Origin: Eledone cirrhosa
Lineage: Eukaryota
DNA: 64,000 nt
Assembly: GCA_964016885.1 (NCBI GenBank)
Contig: OZ024742.1
Span: 168,206,001-168,270,000 of the forward strand
Reading direction: 5' to 3'
The position numbers and the translations under genes were made by a program. Every line of letters begins with the position of its first letter. The first letter of the stretch is position 1. The notes below the pieces were generated by a model. It saw nothing but the letters and a program-made list of their open reading frames with translations. It was not told where the DNA came from and made no database searches. Below are positions 24,681 through 39,618 of the stretch, piece after piece.

Positions 24681-25972
24681 TCCATTAAAAAATCCATTTA
24701 AAAAATCCATTAAAAAATCCATTAAAAAATCCATTTAAAAAATCCATTAAAAAAATCCATTAAAAAAAAATCCATTAAAAAAAAAATCCATTAAAAAAAA
24801 TCAATTTAAAAAAATCCATTAAAAACCCATTAAAAACCCATTAAAAATCCATTAAAAATCCATTTAAAAAACCAATTAAAAAAAATCCATTAAAAAAAAT
24901 CCATTTAAAAAATCCATTAAAAAAAATCCATTTAAAAAACCCATTAAAAAAATCCATTAAAAAAATCCATTTAAAAAATCCATTAAAAAAAATTCATTAA
25001 AAAAAAATCCATAAAAAAATCCATTAAAAAAATCCATTAAAAAAAATCCATTAAAAAAAATCCATTAAAAATCCATTAAAAAAATCCATTTAAAAAAATC
25101 CATTAAAAAATCCATTAAAAAACCCATTAAAAATCCGTTAAAAATCCATTAAAAATCCATTAAAAATCCATTTAAAAAACCCATTAAAAAAATCCTTTTA
25201 AAAAATCCATTAAAAAAATCCATTAAAAAAAACCCATTAAAAAAAATCCATAAAAAAAATCCATTAAAAAAATCCATTAAAAAAAAATCCGTTAAAAAAA
25301 TCCATTAAAAATCCATTAAAAATCCATTAAAAAATCCATTTAAAAAACCCATTAAAAAAATCCATTAAAAAAATCCATTTATAAAATCCATTAAAAAATC
25401 CATTAAAAAAAAACCCATTAAAAAAAAATCCATTTAAAAAATCCATTAAAAAAAATCCATTAAAAAAAATCCATAAAAAAATCCATTAAAAAAGTCCATA
25501 AAAATCCATTAAAAAAATCCATTTAAAAAAATCCATTTAAAAATCCATTAAAAACCCATTAAAAATCCATTAAAAATCCATTAAAAATCCATTAAAAAAT
25601 CCATTAAAAAAATCCATTTAAAAAACCCATAAAAGAAACATTAAAACAGCATTTAAAAAACCCATTAAAAATTCATTAAAAAAATCCATTTGAAAAATCC
25701 ATTAAAAATCCATTAAAAATCCATTAAAAATCCATTAAAAATCCATTTAAAAAAATCCATTAAAAAAATCCATTAAAAAATCCATTTAAAAAATCCATTA
25801 AAAAAAATCCATTAATAAAAACTCAATCAAAAACCCATAAAAGAAACATTAAAACAACATTTAAAAAATCCATTAAAAAAATCCATTTAAAAAAATCCAT
25901 TAAAAAATATATTAAAAATCCATTAAAAATCCATTAAAAATCCATTAAAAACGCCATAAAAAATCATTAAAA

Positions 25973-26029
25973 TTGTTTTTTATGAAATTTATAATATGGC
26001 TTTTAATGAATTTTTTAATGGGCTTTTAG
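25973..26029 (-). repeat. 57-bp inverted insert, copy 15 (T allele), in a 5'-truncated cassette
   Basis: Preceded only by CGCCATAAAAAATCATTAAAA, which is joined directly to plain 11-mers. Confidence 0.93.
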
Positions 26030-27470
26030 AATCATTAAAATCCCATTAAAAATACATTAAAGGCCCATTAAAAACGCCATAAAAAATCCATTAAAAAAAT
26101 CCATTAAAAAAAAACTCAATCAAAAACCCATAAAAGAAACATTAAAACAGCATTTAAAAAATCCATTAAAAATCCATTAAAAAAAAATCCATTAACAAAA
26201 TCCATTAAAAATCCATTAAAAAAATCCATTTAAAAAAATCCATTAAAAAATCCATTAAAAACCCATTAAAAATCCATTAAAAATCCATTAAAAATCCATT
26301 AAAAAATCCATTTAAAAAACCCATTAAAAAAATCCATTAAAAAATCCATTTAAAAATCCATTAAAAAAAATCCATTTAAAAAAACCCATTAAAAAAAATC
26401 CATTAAAAAAATCCATTTAAAAAATCCATAAAAAAAAATCCATAAAAAAAATCCATTAAAAAAAATCCGTTAAAAAAAAAATCCGTTAAAAAAAATCCAT
26501 TAAAAATCCATTAAAAATCCATTAAAAATCCATTAAAAATCCATTAAAAATCAATTTAAAAAAATCCATTAAAAAAATCCATTAAAAAAATCCATTTAAA
26601 AAATCCATTAAAAAAAATCCATTAAAAAAAATCCATTAAAAAAAATCCATTAAAAAAAATCAATTTAAAAAAATCCATTAAAAATCCATTAAAAAAATCC
26701 ATTTAAAAAAATCCATTAAAAACCCATTAAAAATCCATTAAAAATCCATTAAAAAATCCATTTAAAAAAACCATTAAAAAAAATCCATTAAAAAAATCCA
26801 TTTAAAAAATCCATTAAAAAAAATCCATTAAAAAAACCCATTAAAAAAAATCCATTAAAAAAATCCATTTAAAAAATCCATTAAAAAAAATCCATTAAAA
26901 AAATCCATTTAAAAAAATCCATTAAAAAAATCCATTTAAAAAATCCATTAAAAAATCCATTTAAAAAATCCATTAAAAAAATCCATTAAAAAAAACCATT
27001 AAAAAATCCATTAAAAAAAATCCCATTAAAAATACATTAAAGGCCCATTAAAAACGCCATAAAAAATCCATTAAAAAAATCCATTAAAAAAAAACTCAAT
27101 CAAAAACCCATAAAAGAAACATTAAAACAGCATTTAAAAAATCCATTAAAAAAATCCATTTAAAAAAATCCATTAAAAAATCCATTAAAAATCCATTAAA
27201 AATCCATTAAAAAATCCATTAAAAATCCATTAAAAATCCATTAAAAATCCATTAAAAAATCCATTTAAAAAAATCCATTAAAAAAATCCATTAAAAAATC
27301 CATTTAAAAAATCCATTTAAAAAAATCCATTAAAAAAAATCCATTAAAAAAAAAATCCGTTAAAAAAAATCCATTAAAAACTCAATCAAACACCCAATTA
27401 AAAGGCCATAAAAGAAACATTAAAACAGCATTTAAAATACCATTAAAAACGCCATAAAAAATCATTAAAA

Positions 27471-27527
27471 TTGTTTTTTATGAAATTTATAATATGGCTT
27501 TTAATGAACTTTTTAATGGGCTTTTAG
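27471..27527 (-). repeat. 57-bp inverted insert, copy 16 (C allele)
   Basis: C-allele string; CAAACACCC upstream. Confidence 0.93.
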
Positions 27528-28760
27528 AATCATTAAAATCCCATTAAAAATACATTAAAGGCCCATTAAAAACGCCATAAAAAATCCATTAAAAAAAATC
27601 CATTAAAAAAAAATTCAATCAAAAACCCATAAAAGAAACATTAAAACAGCATTTAAAAAACCCATTAAAAATTCATTAAAAAAATCCATTTAAAAAATCC
27701 ATTAAAAATCCATTAAAAATCCATTAAAAATCCATTAAAAATCCATTAAAAATCCATTAAAAATAATCCATTAAAAAAAATTCAATCAAAAACCCATAAA
27801 AGAAACATTAAAACAGCATTTAAAAAATCCATTAAAAAAAATCCATTTAAAAAAATCCATTAAAAAAGCCATTAAAAATCCATTAAAAATCCATTAAAAA
27901 AATCCATTAAAAAAAAATCCATTAAAAAAAATCCATTAAAAATCCATTAAAAAAATCCATTTAAAAAAATCCATTAAAAAATCCATTAAAAATCCATTAA
28001 AAATCCATTAAAAAATCCATTTAAAAAACCCATTAAAAAAAATCCATTAAAAAAATCCATTTAAAAAATCCATTAAAAAAAATCCATTAAAAAAAACCCA
28101 TTAAAAAAAATCCATTAAAAAAATCCATTTAAAAAATCCATTAAAAAAAATCCATTAAAAAAATCCATTTACAAAAATCCATTAAAAAAATCCATTTAAA
28201 AAATCCATTAAAAAATCCATTTAAAAAATCCATTAAAAAAAATCCATTAAAAAAAACCATTAAAAAATCCATTAAAAAAAATCCCATTAAAAATACATTA
28301 AAGGCCCATTAAAAACGCCATAAAAAATCCATTAAAAAAATCCATTAAAAAAAAACTCAATCAAAAACCCATAAAAGAAACATTAAAACAGCATTTAAAA
28401 AATCCATTAAAAAAATCCATTTAAAAAAATCCATTAAAAAATCCATTAAAAATCCATTAAAAATCCATTAAAAAATCCATTAAAAATCCATTAAAAATCC
28501 ATTAAAAATCCATTAAAAAATCCATTTAAAAAAATCCATTAAAAAAATCCATTAAAAAATCCATTTAAAAAATCCATTTAAAAAAATCCATTAAAAAAAA
28601 TCCATTAAAAAAAAATCCATTAAAAAAAATCCATTAAAAAAAAAATCCGTTAAAAAAAATCCATTAAAAACTCAATCAAACACCCAATTAAAAGGCCATA
28701 AAAGAAACATTAAAACAGCATTTAAAATACCATTAAAAACGCCATAAAAAATCATTAAAA

Positions 28761-28817
28761 TTGTTTTTTATGAAATTTATAATATGGCTTTTAATGAACT
28801 TTTTAATGGGCTTTTAG
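28761..28817 (-). repeat. 57-bp inverted insert, copy 17 (C allele)
   Basis: C-allele string; CAAACACCC upstream. Confidence 0.93.
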
Positions 28818-31800
28818 AATCATTAAAATCCCATTAAAAATACATTAAAGGCCCATTAAAAACGCCATAAAAAATCCATTAAAAAAAATCCATTAAAAAA
28901 AAATCCATTAAAAATCCATTAAAAAAATCCACTTAAAAAAATCCATTTAAAAATCCATTAAAAACCCATTAAAAATCCATTAAAAATCCATTAAAAATCC
29001 ATTAAAAAATCCATTAAAAAAATTCAATCAAAAACCCATAAAAGAAACATTAAAACAGCATTTAAAAAACCCATTAAAAATTCATTAAAAAAATCCATTT
29101 AAAAAATCCATTAAAAATCCATTAAAAATCCATTAAAAATCCATTAAAAATCCATTAAAAATCCATTAAAAATCCATTAAAAATAATCCATTAAAAAAAA
29201 ATTCAATCAAAAACCCATAAAAGAAACATTAAAACAGCATTTAAAAAATCCATTAAAAAAAATCCATTTAAAAAAATCCATTAAAAAAGCCATTAAAAAT
29301 CCATTAAAAATCCATTAAAAAAATCCATTAAAAAAAAATCCATTAAAAAAAATCCATTAAAAATCCATTAAAAAATCCATTTAAAAAAATCCATTAAAAA
29401 ATCCATTAAAAATCCATTAAAAATCCATTAAAAAATCCATTTAAAAAACCCATTAAAAAAATCCATTTAAAAAATCCATTTAAAAAATCCATTAAAAAAA
29501 ATCCATTTAAAAAAACCCATTAAAAAAAATCCATTAAGAAAATCCATTTAAAAAATCCATTAAAAAAAATCCATTAAAAAAAATCCATAAAAAAAAATCC
29601 ATTAAAAAAAATCCATTAAAAAAAAATCCGTTAAAAAAAATCCATTTAAAAAAAATCCGTTAAAAAAAATCCATTAAAAGCTCAATCCCATTAAAAACGC
29701 CATAAAAATCATTAAAATCCAATTAAAGATACATTAAAGGCCCATTAAAAACGCCATAAAAAATCCATTAAAAAAATCCATTAAAAAAAACTCAATCAAA
29801 AACCCATAAAAGAAACATTAAAACAGCATTTAAAAAATCCATTAAAAATCCATTAAAAAAATCCATTTAATAAAATCCATTAAAAAATCCATTAAAAATC
29901 CATTAAAAACCCATTAAAAATCCATTAAAAATCCATTAAAAATCCATTAAAAAACCCATTTAAAAAAATCCATTAAAAAAATCCATTAAAAAAATCCATT
30001 AAAAAAATCCATTAAAAAAAGCCATTAAAAAAATCCATTAAAAAAAGCCATTTAAAAAATCCATTAAAAAAAATCCATTAAAAATCCATTAAAAAATCCA
30101 TTTAAAAAAATCCATTAAAAACCCATTAAAAATCCATTAAAAATCCATTAAAAAACCCATTAAAAAAAATCCATTAAAAAAATCCATTTAAAAAATCCAT
30201 TAAAAAAAAATCCATTTAAAAAACCCATTAAAAAAAATCCATTAAAAAAATCCATTTAAAAAATCCATTAAAAAAATCCATTAAAAAAAATCCATTAAAA
30301 ATCCATTAAAAATCCATTGAAAATTCATTAAAAAATCCATTTAAAAAAATCCATTAAAAAAATCCATTAAAAAAATCCATTTAAAAAATCCATAAAAAAA
30401 AACCCATTAAAAAAAATCCATTAAAAAAAAAATCCATTAAAAAAAATCCATTAAAAAAAATCCATGAAAAATCCATTAAAAAAATCCATTTAAAAAAAAT
30501 TCATTAAAAAATCCATTAAAAATCCATTAAAAATCCATTTAAAAAAATCCATTTAAAAAATCCATTTAAAAAACCCATTACAAAAAATCCATTAAAAAAA
30601 ATCCATAAAAAAAAAGCCATTAAAAAAAATCCATTATAAAAAATCTATTAAAAATCCATTAAAAATCAATTAAAAATCCATTAAAAATCCATTAAAAATC
30701 CATTAAAAATCCATTAAAAATCCATTAAAAATCCATTAAAATCCATTAAAAATCCATTAAAAATCCATTAAAAATCCATTAAAAATCCATTAAAAATCCA
30801 TTAAAAATCCATTAAAAATCCATTAAAAAATCCATTTAAAAAATCCATTAAAAAATCCATTAAAAAATCCATTTAAAAAATCCATTAAAAAAATCCATTA
30901 AAAAAAAATCCATTAAAAAAAAATCCATTAAAAAAAATCAATTTAAAAAAATCCATTAAAAATCCATTAAAAAAATCCATTAAAAAAAATCCATTAAAAA
31001 CCCATTAAAAACCCATTAAAAATCCATTAAAAATCCATTTAAAAAACCCATTAAAAAAAATCCATTAAAAAAAATCCATTTAAAAAATCCATTAAAAAAA
31101 ATCCATTAAAAAAACCCATTAAAAAAATCCATTAAAAAAATCCATTTAAAAAAATCCATTAAAAAATCCATTAAAAAACCCATTAAAAATCCATTAAAAA
31201 TCCATTAAAAATCCATTAAAAATCCATTTAAAAAACCCATTAAAAAAATCCTTTTAAAAAATCCATTAAAAAAATCCATTAAAAAAAACCCATTAAAAAA
31301 AATCCATAAAAAAAATCCATTAAAAAAAATCCATTAAAAAAAAATCCGTTAAAAAAATCCATTAAAAATCCATTAAAAATCCATTAAAAAATCCATTTAA
31401 AAAACCCATTAAAAAAATCCATTAAAAAAATCCATTTATAAAATCCATTAAAAAATCCATTAAAAAAAAACCCATTAAAAAAAAATCCATTAAAAAAATC
31501 CATTTAAAAAATCCATTAAAAAAAATCCATTAAAAAAAATCCATAAAAAAATCCATTAAAAAAGTCCATAAAAATCCATTAAAAAAATCCATTTAAAAAA
31601 ATCCATTTAAAAATCCATTAAAAACCCATTAAAAATCCATTAAAAATCCATTAAAAATCCATTAAAAAATCCATTAAAAAAATCCATTTAAAAAACCCAT
31701 AAAAGAAACATTAAAACAGCATTTAAAAAACCCATTAAAAATTCATTAAAAAAATCCATTTGAAAAATCCATTAAAAATCCATTAAAAATCCATTAAAAA

Positions 31801-34800
31801 TCCATTAAAAATCCATTTGAAAAAATCCATTAAAAAAATCCATTAAAAAATCCATTTAAAAAATCCATTAAAAAAAATCCATTAATAAAAACTCAATCAA
31901 AAACCCATAAAAGAAACATTAAAACAACATTTAAAAAATCCATTAAAAAAATCCATTTAAAAAAATCCATTAAAAAATATATTAAAAATCCATTAAAAAT
32001 CCATTAAAAATCCATTAAAAATCATTAAAAATCCATTAAAAATACATTAAAAATCCATTAAAAAATCCATTTAAAAAAATCCATTAAAAAAATCCATTAA
32101 AAAAAATCCATTAAAAAAAAATCCATTAAAAAAAAATCCATTAAAAAAAATCAATTAAAAAAAATCCATTAAAAATCCATTAAAAAATCCATTTAAAAAA
32201 TCCATTAAAAACCCATTAAAAATCCATTAAAAATCCATTAAAAATCCATTTAAAAAACCCATTAAAAAAAATCCATTAAAATAATCCATTTAAAAAATCT
32301 ATTTAAAAAAATCCATTAAAAAAAACCCATTAAAAAAAAATCCATTAAAAAAATCCATTTAAAAATCCATTAAAAAAAATCCATTAAAAAAAATCCATAA
32401 AAAAATCCATTAAAAAAAATCCATTAAAAAAAATCCATTAAAAATCCATTCAAAAAATCCATTTAAAAAAATCCATTAAAAAATCCATTAAAAATTCATT
32501 AAAAATCCATTAAAAAATCCATTTAAAAAACCCATTAAAAAAATCCATTTAAAAAATCCATTTAAAAAATCCATTAAAAAAAATCCATTTAAGAAAACCC
32601 ATTAAAAAAAATCCATTAAGAAAATCCATTTAAAAAATCCATTAAAAAAAATCCATTAAAAAAAATCCATAAAAAAAATCCATTAAAAAAAATCCATTAA
32701 AAAAAAATCCGTTAAAAAAAATCCATTAAAAAAAAATCCGTTAAAAAAAATCCATTAAAAAAATCCATTAAAAAAAACTCAATCAAAAACCCATAAAAGA
32801 AACATTAAAACAGCATTTAAAAAATCCATTAAAAATCCATTAAAAAAATCCATTTAAAAAAATCCATTAAAAAATCCATTAAAAATCCATTAAAAATCCA
32901 TTAAAAAACCCATTTAAAAAAATCCATTAAAAAAATCCATTAAAAAAATCCATTTAAAAAATCCATTAAAAAAAGACATTAAAAAAATCCATTAAAAAAA
33001 AGCCATTAAAAAAATCCATTAAAAAAAAATCCATTAAAAATCCATTAAAAAAATCCATTTAAAAAAATCCATTAAAAACCCATTAAAAATCCATTAAAAA
33101 ATCCATTAAAAAACCCATTAAAAAAAATCCATTAAAAAAATCCATTTAAAAAATCCATTAAAAAAAAATCCATTTAAAAAACCCATTAAAAAAAATCCAT
33201 TAAAAAAATCCATTAAAAAAAATCCATTAAAAAAAATCCATTAAAAGCTCAATCAAAAACCCATTAAAAACGCCATAAAAAATCATTAAAATCCCATTAA
33301 AAATACATTAAAGGTCCATTAAAAACGCCATAAAAAATCCATTAAAAAAATCCATTAAAAAAATCCATTTAAAAAATCCATTAAAAAAAATCCATTAAAA
33401 AAAATCCATAAAAAAATCCATTAAAAAAAGTCCATTAAAAATCCATTAAAAAAATCCATTTAAAAAAATCCATTTAAAAATCCATTAAAAACCCATTAAA
33501 AATCCATTAAAAATCCATTAAAAATCCATTAAAAAATCCATTTAAAAAAAATTCAATCAAAAACCCATAAAAGAAACATTAAAACAGCATTTAAAAAACC
33601 CATTAAAAATTCATTAAAAAAATCCATTTGAAAAATCCATTAAAAATCCATTAAAAATCCATTAAAAATCCATTAAAAATCCATTAAAAATCCATTTAAA
33701 AAAATCCATTAAAGAAATCCATTAAAAAATCCATTTAAAAAATCCATTAAAAAAAATCCATTAAAAAAAACTCAATCAAAAAACCATAAAAGAAACATTA
33801 AAACAGCATTTAAAAAATCCATTAAAAAAATCCATTTAAAAAAATCCATTAAAAAATATATTAAAAATCCATTAAAAATCCATTAAAAATCCATTAAAAA
33901 TCCATTAAAAATCCATTAAAAATACATTAAAAATCCATTAAAAAATCCATTTAAAAAAATCCATTAAAAAAATCCATTAAAAAAAACCATTTAAAAAATC
34001 CATTAAAAAAATCCATTAAAAAAAAATCCATTAAAAAAAAATCCATTAAAAAAAATCAATTTAAAAAAATCCATTAAAAATCCATTAAAAAATCCATTTA
34101 AAAAATCCATTAAAAACCCATTAAAAATCCATTAAAAATCCATTAAAAATCCATTTTAAAAACCCATTAAAAAAATCCATTTAAAAAATCCATTAAAAAA
34201 AATCCAATAAAAAAAACCCATTAAAAAAAAATCCATTAAAAAAATCCATTTAAAAAATCCATTAAAAAAAATCCATTAAAAAAAATCCATAAAAAAATCC
34301 ATTAAAAAAATCCATTAAAAAAAATCCATTAAAAATCCATTAAAAAAATCCATTTAAAAAAATCCATTAAAAATCCATTAAAAATCCATTAAAAAATCCA
34401 TTTAAAAAACCCATTAAAAAAATCCATTTAAAAAATCCATTTAAAAAATCCATTAAAAAAAATCCATTTAAAAAAACCCATTAAAAAAAATCCATTGAGA
34501 AAATCCATTTAAAAAATCCATTAAAAAAAATCCATTAAAAAAAATCCATAAAAAAAATCCATTAAAAAAAATCCATTAAAAAAAAATCCGTTAAAAAAAA
34601 TCCATTAAAAAAAAATCCGTTAAAAAAAATCCATTAAAAGCTCAATCCCATTAAAAACGCCATAAAAATCATTAAAATCCAATTAAAGATACATTAAAGG
34701 CCCATTAAAAACGCCATAAAAAATCCATTAAAAAAATCCATTAAAAAAAACTCAATCAAAAACCCATAAAAGAAACATTAAAACAGCATTTAAAAAATCC

Positions 34801-35700
34801 ATTAAAAATCCATTAAAAAAATCCATTTAAAAAAATCCATTAAAAAATCCATTAAAAATCCATTAAAAATCCATTAAAAATCCATTAAAAATCCATTAAA
34901 AAACCCATTTAAAAAAATCCATTAAAAAAAATCCATTAAAAAAATCCATTTAAAAAATCCATTAAAAAAAGCCATTAAAAAAATCCATTAAAAAAAAGCC
35001 ATTAAAAAAATCCATTAAAAAAAAATCCATTAAAAAAATCCATTTAAAAAAATCCATTAAAAACCCATTAAAAATCCATTAAAAAATCCATTAAAAAACC
35101 CATTAAAAAAATCCATTAAAAAAATCCATTTAAAAAATCCATTAAAAAAAAATCCATTTAAAAAACCCATTAAAAAAAATCCATTAAAAAAATCCATTTA
35201 AAAAATCCATTAAAAAAAATCCATTAAAAGCTCAATCAAAAACCCATTAAAAACGCCATAAAAAATCATTAAAATCCCATTAAAAATACATTAAAGGTCC
35301 ATTAAAAACGCCATAAAAAATCCATTTAAAAAATCCATTAAAAAAATCCATTTAACAAAATCCATTAAAAATCCATTAAAAATCCATTAAAAATTCATTA
35401 AAAAATCCATTTAAAAAAATCCATTAAAAAAATCCATTAAAAAAATCCATTTAAAAAATCCATAAAAAAAACCCATTAAAAAAAATCCATTAAAAAAAAA
35501 TCCATTAAAAAAAATCCATTAAAAAAAAATCCATTAAAAATCCATTAAAAAAATCCATTTAAAAAAAATTCATAAAAAAATCCATTAAAAATCCATTTAA
35601 AAAAATCCATTTAAAAAATCCATTTAAAAAACCCATTACAAAAAATCCATTAAAAAAAATCCATAAAAAAAAAGCCATTAAAAAAAATCCATTAAACAAA

Positions 35701-35875
35701 TCCATTAAAAATCCATTAAAAATCCATTAAAAATCCATTAAAAATCCATTAAAAATCCATTAAAAATCCATTAAAATCCATTAAAAATCCATTAAAAATC
35801 CATTAAAAATCCATTAAAAATCCATTAAAAATCCATTAAAAATCCATTAAAAATCCATTAAAAATCCATTAAAAA
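35701..35875 (+). repeat. Pure 11-bp run (TCCATTAAAAA), 16 units including one 10-mer
   Basis: Direct reading; a paralogous run lies at ~46418-46570. Confidence 0.88.
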
Positions 35876-38800
35876 TCCATTAAAAAATCCATTTAAAAAA
35901 ATCCATTAAAAAATCCATTAAAAAATCCATTTAAAAAATCCATTAAAAAAATCCATAAAAAAAAAATCCATTAAAAAAAAAATCCATTAAAAAAAATCAA
36001 TTTAAAAAAATCCATTAAAAATCCATTAAAAAAATCCATTTAAAAAAATCCATTAAAAACCCATTAAAAACCCATTAAAAAATCCATTAAAAATCCATTT
36101 AAAAAACCCATTAAAAAAAATCCATTAAAAAAAATCCATTTAAAAAATCCATTAAAAAAAATCCATTAAAAAAACCCATTAAAAAATCCATTAAAAAAAT
36201 CCATTTAAAAAATCCATTAAAAAAAATTCATTAAAAAAAATCCATAAAAAATCCATTAAAAAAATCCATTAAAAAAAATCCATTAAAAAAAATCCATTAA
36301 AAATCCATTAAAAAAATCCATTTAAAAAAATACATTAGAAAATCCATTAAAAAACCCATTAAAAATCCATTAAAAATCCATTAAAAATCCATTAAAAATC
36401 CATTTAAAAAACCCATTAAAAAAATCCATTTAAAAAATTCATTAAAAAAATCCATTAAAAAAAACCCATTAAAAAAAATCCATTAAAAAATCCATTTAAA
36501 AAATCCATTAAAAAAAAATCCATTAAAAAAAATCCATAAAAAAAATCCATTAAAAAAATCCATTAAAAAAAAATCCGTTAAAAAAAATCCATTAAAAATC
36601 CATTAAAAATCCATAAAAAAATCCATTTAAAAAACCCATTAAAAAATCCATTAAAAAAATCCATTTAAAAAATCCATTAAAAAAAATCCATTAAAAAAAA
36701 ACCCATTAAAAAAAAATCCATTAAAAAAATCCATTTAAAAAACCCATTAAAAAAATCCATTAAAAAAAATCCATAAAAAAATCCATTAATAAAAGTCCAT
36801 TAAAAATCCATTAAAAAAACCCATTAAAAAAAATCCATTAAAAAATCCATTAAAAACCCATTAAAAATCCATTAAAAATCCATTAAAAAATCCATTTAAA
36901 AAACCCATTAAAAAAATCCATTAAAAAAATCCATTTATAAAATCCATTAAAAAATCCATAAAAAAAAAAACCATTAAAAAAAAATCCATTAAAAAAATCA
37001 ATTTAAAAAATCCATTAAAAAAATCCATTAAAAAAATCCATTAAAAAAAGTCCATTAAAAATCCATTAAAAAAATCCATTTAAAATAATCCATTTAAAAA
37101 TCCATTAAAAACCCATTAAAAATCCATTAAAAATCCATTAAAAATCCATTAAAAAATCCATTAAAAAAAATTCAATCAAAAACCCATAAAAGAAACATTA
37201 AAACAGCATTTAAAAAACCCATTAAAAATTCATTAAAAAAATCCATTTGAAAAATCCATTAAAAATCCATTAAAAATCCATTAAAAATCCATTAAAAATC
37301 CATTAAAAATCCATTAAAAATCCATTAAAAATCCATTAAAAATCCATTTAAAAAACCCATTAAAAAAATCCATTAAAAAAATCCATTTAAAAATCCATTA
37401 AAAAAAATCCATTTAAAAAAACCCATTAAAAAAAATCCATTAAAATAATCCATTTAAAAAATCCATAAAAAAAAATCCATAAAAAAAATCCATTAAAAAA
37501 AATCCATTAAAAAAAAAATCCGTTAAAAAAAATCCATTAAAAATCCATTAAAAATCCATTAAAAATCCATTAAAAATCCATTAAAAATCCATTAAAAATC
37601 CATTTTAAAAAATCCATTAAAAAAATCCATTAAAAAAATCCATTTAAAAAATCCGTTAAAAAAAATCCATTAAAAAAAAATCCATTAAAAAAATCCATTA
37701 AAAAAAATCAATTTAAAAAAATCCATTAAAAAAATCCATTTAAAAAAATTCATTAAAAACCCATTAAAAATCCATTAAAAATCCATTAAAAAATCCATTT
37801 AAAAAACCCATTAAAAAAAATCCATTAAAAAAATCCATAAAAAAAAAATCCATTAAAAAAAAAACCCATTAAAAAAAATCCATTAAAAAAATCCATTTAA
37901 AAAATCCATTAAAAAAATCCATTAAAAAAAACTCAATCAAAAACCCATAAAAGAAACATTAAAACAGCATTTAAAAAATCCATTAAAAATCCATTAAAAA
38001 AATCCATTTAAAAAATCCATTAAAAAATCCATTAAAAATCCATTAAAAATCCATTAAAAAATCCATTTAAAAAAATCCATTAAAAAAATCAATTTAAAAA
38101 ATCCATTAAAAAATCCATTTAAAAAATCCATTAAAAAAAATCCATTAACAAAAACCATTAAAAAATCCATTAAAAAAAATCCCATTAAAAATACATTAAA
38201 GGCCCATTAAAAACGTCATAAAAAATCCATTAAAAAAATCCATTAAAAAAAAACTCAATCAAAAACCCATAAAAGAAACATTAAAACAGCATTTAAAAAA
38301 CGCATTAAAAATTCATTAAAAAAAATCCATTTAAAAAATCCATTAAAAAATCCATTAAAAATCCATTAAAAATCCATTAAAAATCCATTAAAAATCCATT
38401 AAAAATCCATTAAAAAATCCATTTAAAAAAATCCATTAAAAAAATTCATTAAAAATCCATTAAAAATCCATTAAAAATCCATTAAAAATCCATTAAAAAA
38501 TCCAATTAAAAAAATCCATTAAAAAAATCCATTAAAAAATCCATTTAAAAAATCCATTAAAAAAAATCCATTAAAAAAATCCATTAAAAAAAAATCCATT
38601 AAAAAAAACTCAATCAAAAACTCACAAAAGAAACATTAAAACAGCATTTAAAAAATCCATTAAAAAAATCCATTTAAAAAAATCCATTAAAAAATCCATT
38701 AAAAATCCATTAAAAATCCATTAAAAATCCATTAAAAATCCATTAAAAATCCATTAAAAATCCATTAAAAATCCATTAAAAATCCATTAAAAATCCATTA

Positions 38801-39043
38801 AAAAATCCAATTAAAAAAATCCATTAAAAAAATCCATTAAAAAATCCTTTTAAAAAATCCATTAAAAAAAATCCATTAAAAAAAATCCATTAAAAAAAAT
38901 CCATTAAAAAAAATCCATTAAAAAATAATCCGTTAAAAAAAATCCATTAAAAACTCAATCAAAAACCCAATTAAAAGGCCATAAAAGAAACATTAAAACA
39001 GCATTTAAAATACCATTAAAAACGCCATAAAAAATCATTAAAA

Positions 39044-39100
39044 TTGTTTTTTATGAAATTTATAATATGGCTTTTAATGAACTTTTTAATGGGCTTTTAG
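39044..39100 (-). repeat. 57-bp inverted insert, copy 18 (C allele)
   Basis: C-allele string. Confidence 0.93.
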
Positions 39101-39618
39101 AATCATTAAAATCCCATTAAAAATACATTAAAGGCCCATTAAAAACGCCATAAAAAATCCATTAAAAAAAAATTCAATCAAAAACCCATAAAAGAAACAT
39201 TAAAACAGCATTTAAAAAAACCCATTAAAAATTCATTAAAAAAATCCATTTAAAAAATCCATTAAAAATCCATTAAAAATCCATTAAAAATACATTAAAA
39301 ATCCATTAAAAAAAAATCCATTACAAAAATCCATTAAAAAAAATCCATTAAAAACCCATTAAAAATCCATTAAAAAATCCATTTAAAAACCCATTAAAAA
39401 AAATCCATTAAAAAAATACATTTAAAAAATACATTTAAAAAAAATCCATTTAAAAAATCCATTAAAAAAAATCCATTAAAAAAAATCCATTAAAAGCTCA
39501 ATCAAAAACCCATTAAAAACGCCATAAAAAATCATTAAAATCCCATTAAAAATACATTAAAGGCCCATTAAAAACGCCATAAAAAATCCATTAAAAAAAA
39601 ACTCAATCAAAAACCCAT

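Larger units (their letters stand above)
21750..25950 (+). repeat. About 4.2 kb block duplicated at ~27950-32010 (offset ~6.1-6.3 kb)
   Basis: Shared ordered markers: insert 22554/28761, TCCATGAAAA 24322/30461, TTATAAAAAATCTATT 24495/30634, TCCTTTT 25193/31249, AGTCCATA 25493/31563, AATATATT 25906/31976. Confidence 0.82.
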
